Below, one piece after another: positions 36,269 to 46,700 of a stretch of DNA of 64,000 nt. Position 1 is the stretch's first letter. Each line of letters starts with the position of its first letter. Under the pieces are notes generated by a model. It was not told the origin of the DNA. It did not search any database and saw only the letters and a program-made list of their open reading frames with translations. Location of the stretch: positions 1,329 to 65,328 of the forward strand of contig JAYTUJ010000030.1 in the NCBI GenBank assembly GCA_043744615.1, given 5' to 3'. The position numbers were made by a program, and so were the translations under genes. Origin of the DNA: a bacterium. Lineage in GTDB: Bacteria; Patescibacteriota; Minisyncoccia; Phycocordibacterales; CAIRYW01.

Positions 36269-36673
36269 TTACTTACTTAACATCATACCTTTTTGCATTC
36301 GGGGGAACTCGATGACTACGTGGGTCGCCCCTGTCCCTAGGAGTTGTTCCGTTTGGGATACTATTAAAGGCCCCATTTTCTCTTCGTAATCTGTTTTTTT
36401 GAGGATGGGAAGGATTTTTTTCAGTGCTTCATCAAAGTCTGCTCTGATTTTTTTTATAGATTCCTCAGCACCTTTTTTTGGTATTCCCACGAAACTTATC
36501 GCAAGGTAAGGAATTGCTGGAGGAATGTCTCCGGGGTTATAGAAATATATAGTCGTGTTTTGTCGCTCGACCTCGGGTTCGACTGCTTTGATCGCAGCGA
36601 ACGAAGTAGTAGGGAAAGGGAGGAGTGCGAAGAGGGCGATGATGGTATGTAGTTTTTGAAGGAGCTTTTTCAT
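36269..36673 (-). CDS. Secreted hypothetical protein
   Basis: 134-aa ORF with a signal peptide. No recognised motif. Confidence 0.5.
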   Translation of the reverse strand: MKKLLQKLHTIIALFALLPFPTTSFAAIKAVEPEVERQNTTIYFYNPGDIPPAIPYLAISFVGIPKKGAEESIKKIRADFDEALKKILPILKKTDYEEKMGPLIVSQTEQLLGTGATHVVIEFPRMQKGMMLSK

Positions 36674-36978
36674 TTTTTGTTTGTTTTTTGGTTTTAGACA
36701 CAGTATCAGGTAATACGAGTGTACAGCCTGAAGTCTGTGTCTAAATTACAATAATTAAAAACAACCCTAAAAAATTTCTTATAAAACTATACTTTAAAGT
36801 TCAGATTTGTCAAATAAAACGTTGATAGACTTTTTCATGACTTATTCTCACCAGCAACTGCATTTCTGATTCAAACAGATGAAATAGTTTTTTCTCTAAA
36901 ACAATTTTTTGAATTGCTTCAGGAGACAGTTGTTGATTAACGTATTTAATATGGCAAAAGTTTGATAGAATATATCTA

Positions 36979-38733
36979 ATGTACATTGAGCAAAAACAAC
37001 TCATCGATTTTATTATTGATTCCGGACTCTCGTCTCGGTCAGATATAGATGAATCACTTAAAGAATCTTTGGTAACTAAAGTTCCTTTTGAAAACGTTCT
37101 TGTTAAAAAAGGAAAAATAACCGAAGAAGATTTACGTCGAATTCAGGCGTATATTGTTGGAGTATCTTTTATTGATTTAAAAGATCAAAAAATAGATTTT
37201 GAAGTTCTTACTTTAATTCCTGAACCGATTGCCCGTAAACATAACATTGTTGCGTTTAAAAAAACCACAGAGGCTCTTGAAGTTGCGATGCTCGATACTG
37301 AAGATTTGTCTGCTATTGATTTCGTAAAAAAGAAAGTAGGAATAAAAATTCTCCCTCGTCTTACTTCTGTAGAATCAATGAAGAGTGCTCTTTTGCAATA
37401 TCAAAAAAGTTTGAAAGCAGATTTTGGAGATCTCATTAAGCAGGAGTCAACACTTTTAACAGCAATTAAAGATAGTGATGGAAGCGAACCTCAAAGTGAA
37501 AGCGATCTTAAAAAAATTGCTGAAGATTTACCGGTAGTTCGAATTGTTGATACGCTCTTAAAACACGCCATTATTCAAGATTCTTCTGATATTCATATTG
37601 AACAAATGGAACATGAAGTTGTTGTTCGATATCGAATCGACGGAATGCTTCACGATGCGATGATTTTACCTAAAGAAGCTGGTGCATCTATTACTGCGCG
37701 TATTAAAGTGCTTGCGAGTTTAAAACTTGATGAAAAACGTTTGCCACAAGACGGACGATTTAAAATTGAACTAAACGGCGAACGAGTTGCGTTTCGAGTT
37801 TCTATTTTGCCAACATATTTTGGTGAAAAAACTGTAATGCGACTTTTGCGTGAAAACGTTTCTGGTTTTTCTTTAGAAAAATTAGGATTCCATGGTGAAG
37901 GCCTTGAACAAATTTATGCTGCAACTAAATTAACAACAGGAATGATTCTTGCAACAGGGCCAACTGGTTCTGGAAAAAGTACAACGCTGTATACTATTTT
38001 AGATATTGTAAATACTCCCGATGTAAATATTTCTACTATCGAAGACCCTGTTGAGTATCAAATGAAACGAGTAAACCAAACACAAGTAAAACCAGAAATT
38101 GGTTTTACGTTTGCCTCAGGTCTTCGTTCTTTGATGCGACAAGATCCAGACATTATTATGGTGGGAGAAATTCGAGATAATGAAACCGCTTCGCTCGGTA
38201 TCAACGCTGCGCTTACTGGTCACTTAGTGCTTTCAACATTGCACACAAACTCTGCTGCAGGTGCCATTCCTCGATTAATGGACATGCATGCAGAACCGTT
38301 TCTTTTGGTTTCTACATTGAGTGTAATAATTGGTCAACGACTGATTCGAAAACTTGCAGGAGTAAAAGAAAAATATTTTCTTACAAAAGATGAACTTGCT
38401 GTATTAGGCCGACATGCTGACCTTGATCGTATCCTTAGTTTATTAAAAATAGAAAAAATTGTTGATGAAGGTGCGACATGGGAAAAAATTTCTTTTTATA
38501 AACCAAAGCCTTCACCGGAATCTGAAGACGGATACAAATCTCGAACAGGTATTCATGAAGTGCTTCGTATGACACCAACAATTCGTAGTCTAATTATGAA
38601 AGGTGCAACTTCAGATGAAATTGAAATACAAGCAAAAAAAGAAGGAATGGTTACAATGTTTGAAGATGGAATTTTTCAAGCAGTTCAAGGAACAACTACT
38701 ATTGAAGAAGTGCTACGTGTTGTGTCAGAATAG
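36979..38733 (+). CDS. pilB: Type IV pilus / type II secretion assembly ATPase (GspE/PilB family)
   Basis: GspE N-terminal domain. Walker A ATGPTGSGKSTT, Asp box and His box motifs. Confidence 0.85.
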   Translation: MYIEQKQLIDFIIDSGLSSRSDIDESLKESLVTKVPFENVLVKKGKITEEDLRRIQAYIVGVSFIDLKDQKIDFEVLTLIPEPIARKHNIVAFKKTTEALEVAMLDTEDLSAIDFVKKKVGIKILPRLTSVESMKSALLQYQKSLKADFGDLIKQESTLLTAIKDSDGSEPQSESDLKKIAEDLPVVRIVDTLLKHAIIQDSSDIHIEQMEHEVVVRYRIDGMLHDAMILPKEAGASITARIKVLASLKLDEKRLPQDGRFKIELNGERVAFRVSILPTYFGEKTVMRLLRENVSGFSLEKLGFHGEGLEQIYAATKLTTGMILATGPTGSGKSTTLYTILDIVNTPDVNISTIEDPVEYQMKRVNQTQVKPEIGFTFASGLRSLMRQDPDIIMVGEIRDNETASLGINAALTGHLVLSTLHTNSAAGAIPRLMDMHAEPFLLVSTLSVIIGQRLIRKLAGVKEKYFLTKDELAVLGRHADLDRILSLLKIEKIVDEGATWEKISFYKPKPSPESEDGYKSRTGIHEVLRMTPTIRSLIMKGATSDEIEIQAKKEGMVTMFEDGIFQAVQGTTTIEEVLRVVSE

Positions 38734-38739
38734 TATTAT

Positions 38740-39948
38740 ATGAAATTCAACGTAAAAACTCGTACATCATCAGGAGAAGAAGTTGAATCTGTAAAAGAGG
38801 CTCAAGATAAGTATACTCTTTTTAAGGATGTAAAAAAAAATGGAGAAACTTTAATTTCTTTTAAAGCTGTTAAGGATGGTAGCTCATTTTTTTCTTTAAA
38901 ATTCAGTGGAGGAAAAGTAAAAGAACTTGAAAAAATAACATTTGCCCGAAATCTTGGTTCAATGCTTGAAGCAGGTCTTGCTCTTTCAAGAGGACTTACT
39001 GTTCTTGAAAAACAATCTAACAAAGCTTCTTTTAAAAAAGTCGTGATTGGACTTAACAATGCAATTAGCGAAGGAAAATCTTTCCATGAAGCTATTGAAA
39101 TGCATCCAACTGTTTTCCCTAAAATATTTTCTGCGATGGTAAAAGCGGGTGAAGAAAGTGGATCGCTTTCTGAATCACTTAAACTTGTTGCATATCAAAT
39201 GGAAAAGATATTTCTTTTGAAAAAGAAAATTAAGGGGGCAATGATTTATCCCGGAGTTGTTGTTTCTTTGATGATCGTGATTGCAATTTTGATGCTTATT
39301 TATGTGGTACCAAGCCTAACTGCTACGTTTAAAGAGCTCGGTGCAAAACTTCCGGCGAGTACTCAATTAATTATTGATGTCAGTGATTTTTTGAAAGAAC
39401 ACACAGTTATGGCTTTCGTTATTTTGTTTGGAGGAGGGTTTTCGTTTACGCGTTTAATTGCAACAAAAAAAGGACAAAGATTTTCAGATTGGTTTGTACT
39501 TCATATGCCACTTATTTCTGAAATGGCAAAACAAACAAATGCAGCACGAAGTACACGAACACTTTCGTCACTTATTAATTCTGGAGTAAGTATCGTACAA
39601 GCTTCAGAGATTGCTGCCGAGGTTGTGCAGAATTCATATTATCAAGAAGTTCTAAATAAAATTAGCGCACGAGTTGAAAAAGGGGAAACGCTTTCTTCGG
39701 TGTTTGAAGAATACCCACATTTATTTCCTGTCTTTGTGACCGAAATGGTAAGTGTAGGAGAAGAAACAGGAAAATTAGGGAGTATGCTTTTGGGTGTTGC
39801 TACATACTACGAAAACGAAGTTGAGCAAAAAACAAAAGACCTCTCAACTATTATTGAACCGTTGTTGATGATTTTAATTGGTCTTGGTGTAGGATTTTTT
39901 GCGATCTCGATGATTACTCCAACGTATACTGTATTGAATAATATTTAA
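38740..39948 (+). CDS. pilC: Type IV pilus assembly platform protein (GspF/PilC family)
   Basis: Two GspF repeats with 3-4 TM helices. Directly downstream of pilB. Confidence 0.85.
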   Translation: MKFNVKTRTSSGEEVESVKEAQDKYTLFKDVKKNGETLISFKAVKDGSSFFSLKFSGGKVKELEKITFARNLGSMLEAGLALSRGLTVLEKQSNKASFKKVVIGLNNAISEGKSFHEAIEMHPTVFPKIFSAMVKAGEESGSLSESLKLVAYQMEKIFLLKKKIKGAMIYPGVVVSLMIVIAILMLIYVVPSLTATFKELGAKLPASTQLIIDVSDFLKEHTVMAFVILFGGGFSFTRLIATKKGQRFSDWFVLHMPLISEMAKQTNAARSTRTLSSLINSGVSIVQASEIAAEVVQNSYYQEVLNKISARVEKGETLSSVFEEYPHLFPVFVTEMVSVGEETGKLGSMLLGVATYYENEVEQKTKDLSTIIEPLLMILIGLGVGFFAISMITPTYTVLNNI

Positions 39949-39959
39949 TAAATTAATTT

Positions 39960-40742
39960 ATGTTTATAATTGCAAACTGGAAGACAAATCCTCAAACCAC
40001 ATCGGACGCACTGACACTGGTTTCTTCTTTAAAAAAGAATTTAAAAAAAATATCTATCCCAACAAAACATTCTGTTATTGTTTGTCCACCACACACATTT
40101 TTGTCAGCAGTATCAAAGTCTATTTTAAAAAGTCGAATCAAACTCGGCGCACAAGATATAAGTGAATTTACAGAAGGTGCTCATACAGGTAGTGTAACTG
40201 CTCGAATGATAAAAGATGCGGGAGCGCAATATTGCATTGTCGGTCATTCTGAAAGAAGAAAAGCAGGAGAAACTAATATTCAAGTTGCCGAAAAAATTAA
40301 AAGATGTCTCGAATTAAAAATCACTCCGATTGTTTGTATCGGTGAATGGGAGCGTGATGAACAAGGTGTATATCTTTCGGTGCTTACAAAACAATTTGAA
40401 GAAAGCTTTTTACAAATAAGTAAACAAGATTTTGAAAAAATTATTATTGCCTATGAGCCGGTGTGGGCTATTAGTACTTCACAAACAATGGCCCCAACTG
40501 GTCATAAGACTTCAATGGATACACATACGATTCATGAAACCGTTTTATTTTTACGAAAAATAATTGCCGAGAAATTTAAAATCAATTCTTTGAAATCAGT
40601 TCCTATTTTATATGGGGGTTCAGTTGATTGTCATAATGCTCAAGATATTGTTAAAAACGGCCATGTTCAAGGCTTACTTGTCGGCAAAGCAAGTTTGAAT
40701 GCAGAAGAATTTTCCCAGCTGGTCAAAAATGTTCTAGAATAG
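39960..40742 (+). CDS. tpiA: Triosephosphate isomerase
   Basis: ANWKTN at the N-terminus, the AYEPVWAI motif and the catalytic HSERR context. Confidence 0.85.
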   Translation: MFIIANWKTNPQTTSDALTLVSSLKKNLKKISIPTKHSVIVCPPHTFLSAVSKSILKSRIKLGAQDISEFTEGAHTGSVTARMIKDAGAQYCIVGHSERRKAGETNIQVAEKIKRCLELKITPIVCIGEWERDEQGVYLSVLTKQFEESFLQISKQDFEKIIIAYEPVWAISTSQTMAPTGHKTSMDTHTIHETVLFLRKIIAEKFKINSLKSVPILYGGSVDCHNAQDIVKNGHVQGLLVGKASLNAEEFSQLVKNVLE

Positions 40743-40746
40743 GTGA

Positions 40747-41907
40747 ATGGCTCAATCAAATACGTCTGCACAAATTTCATATTTAAACGAAGAAACCAAT
40801 TTAAAAGGTAAGCATGTTTTATTACGGGTTGATTTTAACGTTCCTATTATTGATGGCATTATCCAAAATGATTTTAGAATTCGACAAGAAATTCCAACAA
40901 TTGAATTATTGCAATCAAAGGGTGCAAAAATTATTTTGATTAGCCATTTGACTGATAAAAATAATGTAACGCTCGAGCCGGTGGCTCGAGCGCTCGTTGC
41001 AAAGTTTCCTCGCCTTTATTTTATTACTGATATTTTTGATAAAAAATCACACGATATTGTTGATGCGATGAAAGAAGGGGATATTGTCCTTTTTGAAAAT
41101 CTTCGACAATGGCCTGGAGAAGAATCAAACAGTGAAACCTTTGCAGACAATCTTGCTTCTTTTGCAGATGTGTTTGTTAACGATGCTTTTGCAGTTTCTC
41201 ACCGACCACACGCCTCGATTGTAGGTTTACCAAAACGATTACCTTCGTACTGTGGACCTCTTTTGGAAACTGAAATTAAAGAACTTTCAAAAGTATTTTC
41301 ACCAAAACATCCATTTTTATTTATTCTTGGTGGTGCAAAATTTGAAACAAAACTTCCACTTATTCAAAAATATTTAAAGACAGCAGACAATGTTTTTGTC
41401 GGTGGCGCTCTTGCACACGATATTTTTAAAACACGTGATTTATTTGTTGGTGATTCTTTAGTTGCTGATAAACCAATTGATTTGTCAGAAATTTCAAAAG
41501 ATTCTAAATTAATTGTTCCCGTTGACGTAGTTGTTCGACATAAAGGAATTCTAGAAACAAAAACACCCCAAACAATTTCAGTTGGAGATAATATTATTGA
41601 TGCTGGGCCCAAAACACTTTCTGAATTAAAAAAATTGATAGATCAAGCCGAATTTATTTTGTGGAACGGACCCATTGGTATGTATATTGGTGGTTTCAAA
41701 CAAGGTACTCTAGAACTTGCACAAATGATTGCACAAAGAACTTCTGAAGGAGGATCGATGTCTATTATTGGAGGAGGAGACACCTTAGCTTCGATTGATG
41801 AACTTGGAATTGAAAATAAATTTTCTTTTGTTTCAACAGGAGGCGGAGCAATGCTTGATTTTTTAGCAGATGAAACACTTGTCGGAATTGACGCTTTAAA
41901 AAAATAA
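40747..41907 (+). CDS. pgk: Phosphoglycerate kinase
   Basis: RVDFNVP N-terminal signature and a GGGA...DxL C-terminal domain. Confidence 0.9.
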   Translation: MAQSNTSAQISYLNEETNLKGKHVLLRVDFNVPIIDGIIQNDFRIRQEIPTIELLQSKGAKIILISHLTDKNNVTLEPVARALVAKFPRLYFITDIFDKKSHDIVDAMKEGDIVLFENLRQWPGEESNSETFADNLASFADVFVNDAFAVSHRPHASIVGLPKRLPSYCGPLLETEIKELSKVFSPKHPFLFILGGAKFETKLPLIQKYLKTADNVFVGGALAHDIFKTRDLFVGDSLVADKPIDLSEISKDSKLIVPVDVVVRHKGILETKTPQTISVGDNIIDAGPKTLSELKKLIDQAEFILWNGPIGMYIGGFKQGTLELAQMIAQRTSEGGSMSIIGGGDTLASIDELGIENKFSFVSTGGGAMLDFLADETLVGIDALKK

Positions 41908-41935
41908 AACATAATTTTTTGCAGGTAATATATTT

Positions 41936-43669
41936 ATGGAATTAAATATTCGAACATCTTTGACTTCAACAGAGTCAGAACCTTTTGGTCAACTTCACGA
42001 GCTTGTTGCGAAGCTTCTTTTTTATCGTGATATAAAAACAAAAGATGATGCCGACATTTTTATTAATCCAAATTATGATGTGCATGTCCACGATCCTTTT
42101 TTAATGAAGGACATGCAAAAAACAGTTGTACGAATTTTTGATGCAATGGCGCGACAACAAAAAATTGTTGTGTACGGCGATTACGATGCTGATGGAATTC
42201 CGGCGTCAGTAATTCTTCATGATTATTTTAAAAAAGTCGGATATAAAAACTTTTCTGTGTATATTCCGCATCGAGATAATGAAGGTTTTGGTTTACACAT
42301 TGATGCAATAAATACACTTCATGCAGAAGAAGCAAAATTAATTATCACGGTTGATTGCGGGATTACAAATGTGAAAGAAGTTTTGCATGCAGAAAAACTT
42401 GGTATCGATGTAATTATTACCGATCACCATTTACCTCACGGAGAACTTCCTCCAGCGTATGCAATTTTAAATCCAAAACAAATTGGATGTGGATATCCAT
42501 ACAAAATGTTATGTGGTTCTGGCGTCGCATTTAAACTGGTGCAAGCACTTGCGAAATATCAGGATACAATAGACGAATCAAATTTTCCTAAAGATTTTAT
42601 AAAACTTCCCGTCGGCTTTGAAAAATGGTCTCTTGATTTAGCAGGTCTCGCGACTATTGCCGACATGGTTCCGTTACAAGGAGAGAACAGAGCTTTGGCA
42701 TATTATGGTTTACAAGTGATGCGAAAAACTCGTCGACTTGGTTTGCAAGTATTGTTTAAAAAATTGTCGGTTAATCAACAAAATATAACTGAAGACGATA
42801 TTTCATTTACTGTTGTTCCACGAATTAATGCCGCATCACGAATGGGAAATCCATACGAAGCATTTAAATTACTTTCAACCACTGACTTTGAAGAAGCTCG
42901 TGAGGTTGTTGCTCATTTAGAAAAAATAAACAAAGAACGAAAAGGTGTTGTTGGTTCAATTGTTAAAGACGCAAAAGCTCGACTCAATAAACGTGACCTT
43001 GAAGATAAACCAGTTATTGTTATCGGTAATCCTGATTGGAAACCCGCACTTCTCGGACTTGTTGCAACGTCCTTAGTAAAAGATTATTCGCGCCCTGTCT
43101 TTTTATGGGGACGTGATGGAAAAAACAAAATCAAAGGATCATGTCGTTCTGATAAAACTGTTAATCTTGTTTCACTTCTTGAAGCGATGCCGGCTGATGC
43201 CCTTCTCGAGTTCGGGGGTCACGGACCAACCGGAGGTTTTTCTGTTTCAGATGATGCAATTCATACATTTGAAGAAAATTTAATAAAAGTATACCAAGAA
43301 TCATTGGTTGCAGATTCTGTGAAACATGGTTCCGTAGAAATTGATGCAGAACTTTCTCCGCGTGATGTTACGTTAAATTTTTATAATCATCTTTCTAAAC
43401 TCGCACCATTTGGTGAAGAAAATAAAAAACCATTATTTCTTTTTAGAGATGTCTTTGTTGAACAAACAAAACAATTTGGTCAGACAAAAAACCATGCCGA
43501 AATAATTCTCTCAAAAGACGGGCGACGCCTTAAAGCAATAGAATTTTTCTCGGACAGACTAGAAACACTTGCTGAATTTAACGGTAAAACAATTTCTATA
43601 ATTGGTCATATTGAAAAAGACTTTTTTCCACAAAATAGCTTTCGGTTAAGAATTGTTGATATACTGTAA
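41936..43669 (+). CDS. recJ: Single-stranded-DNA-specific exonuclease RecJ
   Basis: DHH motifs (GDYDADG; ITDHH) and a DHHA1 region. Confidence 0.85.
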   Translation: MELNIRTSLTSTESEPFGQLHELVAKLLFYRDIKTKDDADIFINPNYDVHVHDPFLMKDMQKTVVRIFDAMARQQKIVVYGDYDADGIPASVILHDYFKKVGYKNFSVYIPHRDNEGFGLHIDAINTLHAEEAKLIITVDCGITNVKEVLHAEKLGIDVIITDHHLPHGELPPAYAILNPKQIGCGYPYKMLCGSGVAFKLVQALAKYQDTIDESNFPKDFIKLPVGFEKWSLDLAGLATIADMVPLQGENRALAYYGLQVMRKTRRLGLQVLFKKLSVNQQNITEDDISFTVVPRINAASRMGNPYEAFKLLSTTDFEEAREVVAHLEKINKERKGVVGSIVKDAKARLNKRDLEDKPVIVIGNPDWKPALLGLVATSLVKDYSRPVFLWGRDGKNKIKGSCRSDKTVNLVSLLEAMPADALLEFGGHGPTGGFSVSDDAIHTFEENLIKVYQESLVADSVKHGSVEIDAELSPRDVTLNFYNHLSKLAPFGEENKKPLFLFRDVFVEQTKQFGQTKNHAEIILSKDGRRLKAIEFFSDRLETLAEFNGKTISIIGHIEKDFFPQNSFRLRIVDIL

Positions 43670-43672
43670 TTC

Positions 43673-44500
43673 ATGGATACGCTCAGTTTGTTTCACAAAG
43701 AAAGTTACACAGTATTTACTGACGGGTCTTCTCGAGGTAACCCAGGTCCGGGGGGCTTTGCGGCAATCGTTATATTACAGCGTATTTCGAATGTGTACTC
43801 ATCTTGTGAAACATATGTTTCAGAAATCGGGGGATTTGAGCCGAATACTACGAATAACAGAATGGAGCTCAGTGCAGTCATAAAGGGGATTGCATATATT
43901 CTTCAAGATATAGAGTCAAAAAAAGTTTCTTCAGATGATATTCCTGTAAACATATACCTCGATTCTGCATATGTACTTAATGGAGCTACAAAATGGATAT
44001 ATGGATGGCAAAAGAATAACTGGGTAACATCACAAAAAACTTCTGTTGAAAATCAAGATTTATGGAAAGAACTTGTTGAAGCTTTGGTTATAGTCAAAGA
44101 CAAGAATATAAAAATTACATGGACAAAAGTTAAAGGTCACAACGGTGTTATTTTAAATGAACGATGCGATGAGATTGCTACAAGTTTTGCAACGAAAGAA
44201 AATATTGTGTTATACACTGGTAAACTTGAAACATATCGCATAAAGATTACTACAGAAGAAATTAATAATGGAACTTTTTTAAATACTACACAAAGCACAA
44301 GTTCTATTAAAAAGTCTTCATCAAAAAATAAACCAGCCTACTCGTATATCAGTTTAGTAGATAAAAAAGTCTACATAGACCATTCTTGGATTGATTGTGA
44401 AAAAAGAGTCAAAGGTAAGTCGGGTGTGAAATTTAAAAAGTCTTTAAATGCTGAGGACGAGCAAAATATTATAGCGGACTTTAAAAAGTTTTTAAACTAA
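43673..44500 (+). CDS. rnhA: Ribonuclease HI with a ~120-aa C-terminal extension
   Basis: VFTDGSSRGNPGPGGFAAIV ... TNNRMEL ... the HNGVILNERCDEIA catalytic core. The extra C-terminal domain is unassigned. Confidence 0.75.
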   Translation: MDTLSLFHKESYTVFTDGSSRGNPGPGGFAAIVILQRISNVYSSCETYVSEIGGFEPNTTNNRMELSAVIKGIAYILQDIESKKVSSDDIPVNIYLDSAYVLNGATKWIYGWQKNNWVTSQKTSVENQDLWKELVEALVIVKDKNIKITWTKVKGHNGVILNERCDEIATSFATKENIVLYTGKLETYRIKITTEEINNGTFLNTTQSTSSIKKSSSKNKPAYSYISLVDKKVYIDHSWIDCEKRVKGKSGVKFKKSLNAEDEQNIIADFKKFLN

Positions 44501-44539
44501 ATTCAGTTTTTCTTTAGTTCTCTAGTGTAGGTTGTATAC

Positions 44540-46039
44540 ATGCGCACGTATGCGCTTTACATTATTACAATTGGTTTTTTATTAGGTGATATTTTTTCAC
44601 TTTTATTAAATCTTGAGACTCGTATTTTTGCGATAGTTGTTTTCTGTTGTGCAACTATTTTTTTGAATTTAAAAATAACCGGATATAAAAATTTAAGTTC
44701 TTACTATTTTTCCCTCGCTATAGTTTTAGTTTTTTTCTTTGGTATGTATCGTGGGCAAGTTGCACTTTTTTATATTGATCACAATTCTCTTTCTTCATAC
44801 ATTTCAGAACATAAAAATAAAAACATTTTAATCGAAGGACAGATAGTCACCGACCCAGTGACGATTGAAAATAAAACAAGTTATGTTCTTGAGATATCCT
44901 CAGTTGAACACCAGACGTTGCAAAATAAAATTAAGGCGAAAATTTCACAAAGATTTTATTTCGATAAAGATTTAAAGATAGACGATGTTGTGAGTGTTGA
45001 AGGAACATTACAAACCGTTAAAAATTTTAAAACAAAAAATGGTAGAGAATTTGAATATCAAAAGTTTTTAGCGTCAACAAATATTTTTTATCAGTTTAAA
45101 GTTTCACAAATTATTTCACAAAAAATAATATATACATTACAAAAAAGTATTGTCGATTTTAAACATGAATTTATAATAAGATTTTTTACGTATCTTCCGT
45201 ATCACGAAGCTGTTCTTATGTCGGGTCTTTTGGTTTCCGGAAAAAGTATGTTTCCGAGTTATTTAGTTACTCAGTTTCAAAAAGCTGGGCTGATACATAT
45301 CGTTGTTCTTTCAGGTTTTAATGTTTCAATCGTTATTGGTACTGCGATGTTTATTTTTTTTCGAATTCCTTTTGTCCGCAGATGGCAGGTTTTGTTTTTA
45401 GGCATCCTTTCAATTTATTTTTTTGTTCTTATGGTTGGCAGTGACCCTCCCGTTTTGCGAGCGGCTTTTATGAGTTTTTTTGCTTTGCTCGCTCGACTTT
45501 TATATCGAAAGAATTTAGTTTCCCGAACATTACTTTTTTCTGTGTTGTGTATATCAGTGTTGTATCCATTAATGCCAATATACAACCCATCATTTTTATT
45601 GAGTGTAATCGCAACTGCTGGAGTTATTCATTTTTCACCTTTATTTTTAGATGTATTTTATTTTTTACCTCAAAAGTTTGCGGTACGTGATTTTATTAGT
45701 GCAACAATCGGCACTCAAATTTTTGTTTTACCTTTTTTATTGTATTTAACAGGTAATTTTTCGCTTATTTCTTTTTTGGTTAATATTATTGTCTTACCTT
45801 TTGTACCCATTATTATGTTGCTTGGGGTGATATTATTTATCTTTTCTTATATAAGTGTATATGTGTCGGTTATGATTGCTATCTTTTCTCATACACTCAT
45901 CGCAGGTCTTTTTTGGATTGTAGAACATGCTTCAAATCTAAGTATCTCTACGATTCCAATACAAATGCCAATAGTAACAATGTTTTTTTGGTACATTGTC
46001 TTTTTGACACTGATTTTTTTAAAAAGAGATATTAGATAA
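44540..46039 (+). CDS. comEC: ComEC/Rec2-family DNA internalisation channel (no beta-lactamase domain)
   Basis: DUF4131-like N-terminus. The competence domain motif AGLIHIVVLSGFNVSIV sits within a polytopic membrane protein. Confidence 0.75.
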   Translation: MRTYALYIITIGFLLGDIFSLLLNLETRIFAIVVFCCATIFLNLKITGYKNLSSYYFSLAIVLVFFFGMYRGQVALFYIDHNSLSSYISEHKNKNILIEGQIVTDPVTIENKTSYVLEISSVEHQTLQNKIKAKISQRFYFDKDLKIDDVVSVEGTLQTVKNFKTKNGREFEYQKFLASTNIFYQFKVSQIISQKIIYTLQKSIVDFKHEFIIRFFTYLPYHEAVLMSGLLVSGKSMFPSYLVTQFQKAGLIHIVVLSGFNVSIVIGTAMFIFFRIPFVRRWQVLFLGILSIYFFVLMVGSDPPVLRAAFMSFFALLARLLYRKNLVSRTLLFSVLCISVLYPLMPIYNPSFLLSVIATAGVIHFSPLFLDVFYFLPQKFAVRDFISATIGTQIFVLPFLLYLTGNFSLISFLVNIIVLPFVPIIMLLGVILFIFSYISVYVSVMIAIFSHTLIAGLFWIVEHASNLSISTIPIQMPIVTMFFWYIVFLTLIFLKRDIR

Positions 46040-46619
46040 ATCTTTTTTCGACAACCTTCCAATTTGTATTAGCGAGGTAAGCGTCAATATATTTTTTCTT
46101 TTCAGAAGGAAGGTAATCAAGCATGTATGAATGCTCCCACATATCGATACCGTATAAAAATACGAGTCCATTGAGGTGTCCAAGATGTTGTTCGTCTACC
46201 CATGTTTGTACAAGAACATCTTGTTTTGGATCGTAGCAAAGTATTGCCCAGCCAATTCCTCGGGTCATTGCGATCGACTTAAATCGATTCATCCACGCAT
46301 CAAAATTACCCCATGTGTCAGAAATTCTTTTGTATAGATTACTCGATGAATCAATAGGTGTAGGTCCATGCTCAAGTTGTTCAAAATAATATTCATGATT
46401 TCGCATTCCATCAAATTCAAAACCAAATCTTCTTTGAATTTCAGATATCGCATATGCATTTTTTTCGGCATCTTCAGGAGTTTGAGAATACTCTTTGATT
46501 TTTTCTTGAATAAGGTTTGCATGTTTTACATAACCAGCATATAGCTTTAGGTGCTCATCTATTGTTTTTTGAGATATGCCAACAAGTGCTAGAATAATAA
46601 ACTTTTTTTCTGGAAACAT
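46032..46619 (-). CDS. sodA: Fe/Mn superoxide dismutase
   Basis: N-terminal KHH...Y motif and C-terminal GIDMWEHSY metal ligands. Confidence 0.85.
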   Translation of the reverse strand: MFPEKKFIILALVGISQKTIDEHLKLYAGYVKHANLIQEKIKEYSQTPEDAEKNAYAISEIQRRFGFEFDGMRNHEYYFEQLEHGPTPIDSSSNLYKRISDTWGNFDAWMNRFKSIAMTRGIGWAILCYDPKQDVLVQTWVDEQHLGHLNGLVFLYGIDMWEHSYMLDYLPSEKKKYIDAYLANTNWKVVEKRFI

Positions 46620-46700
46620 ATATTTTAATTTAGGAAATAATTTAATCTTTTTGTATATATAGTATATCTCATATTGCTATAACCTAAGAGGTGTCTTTTT

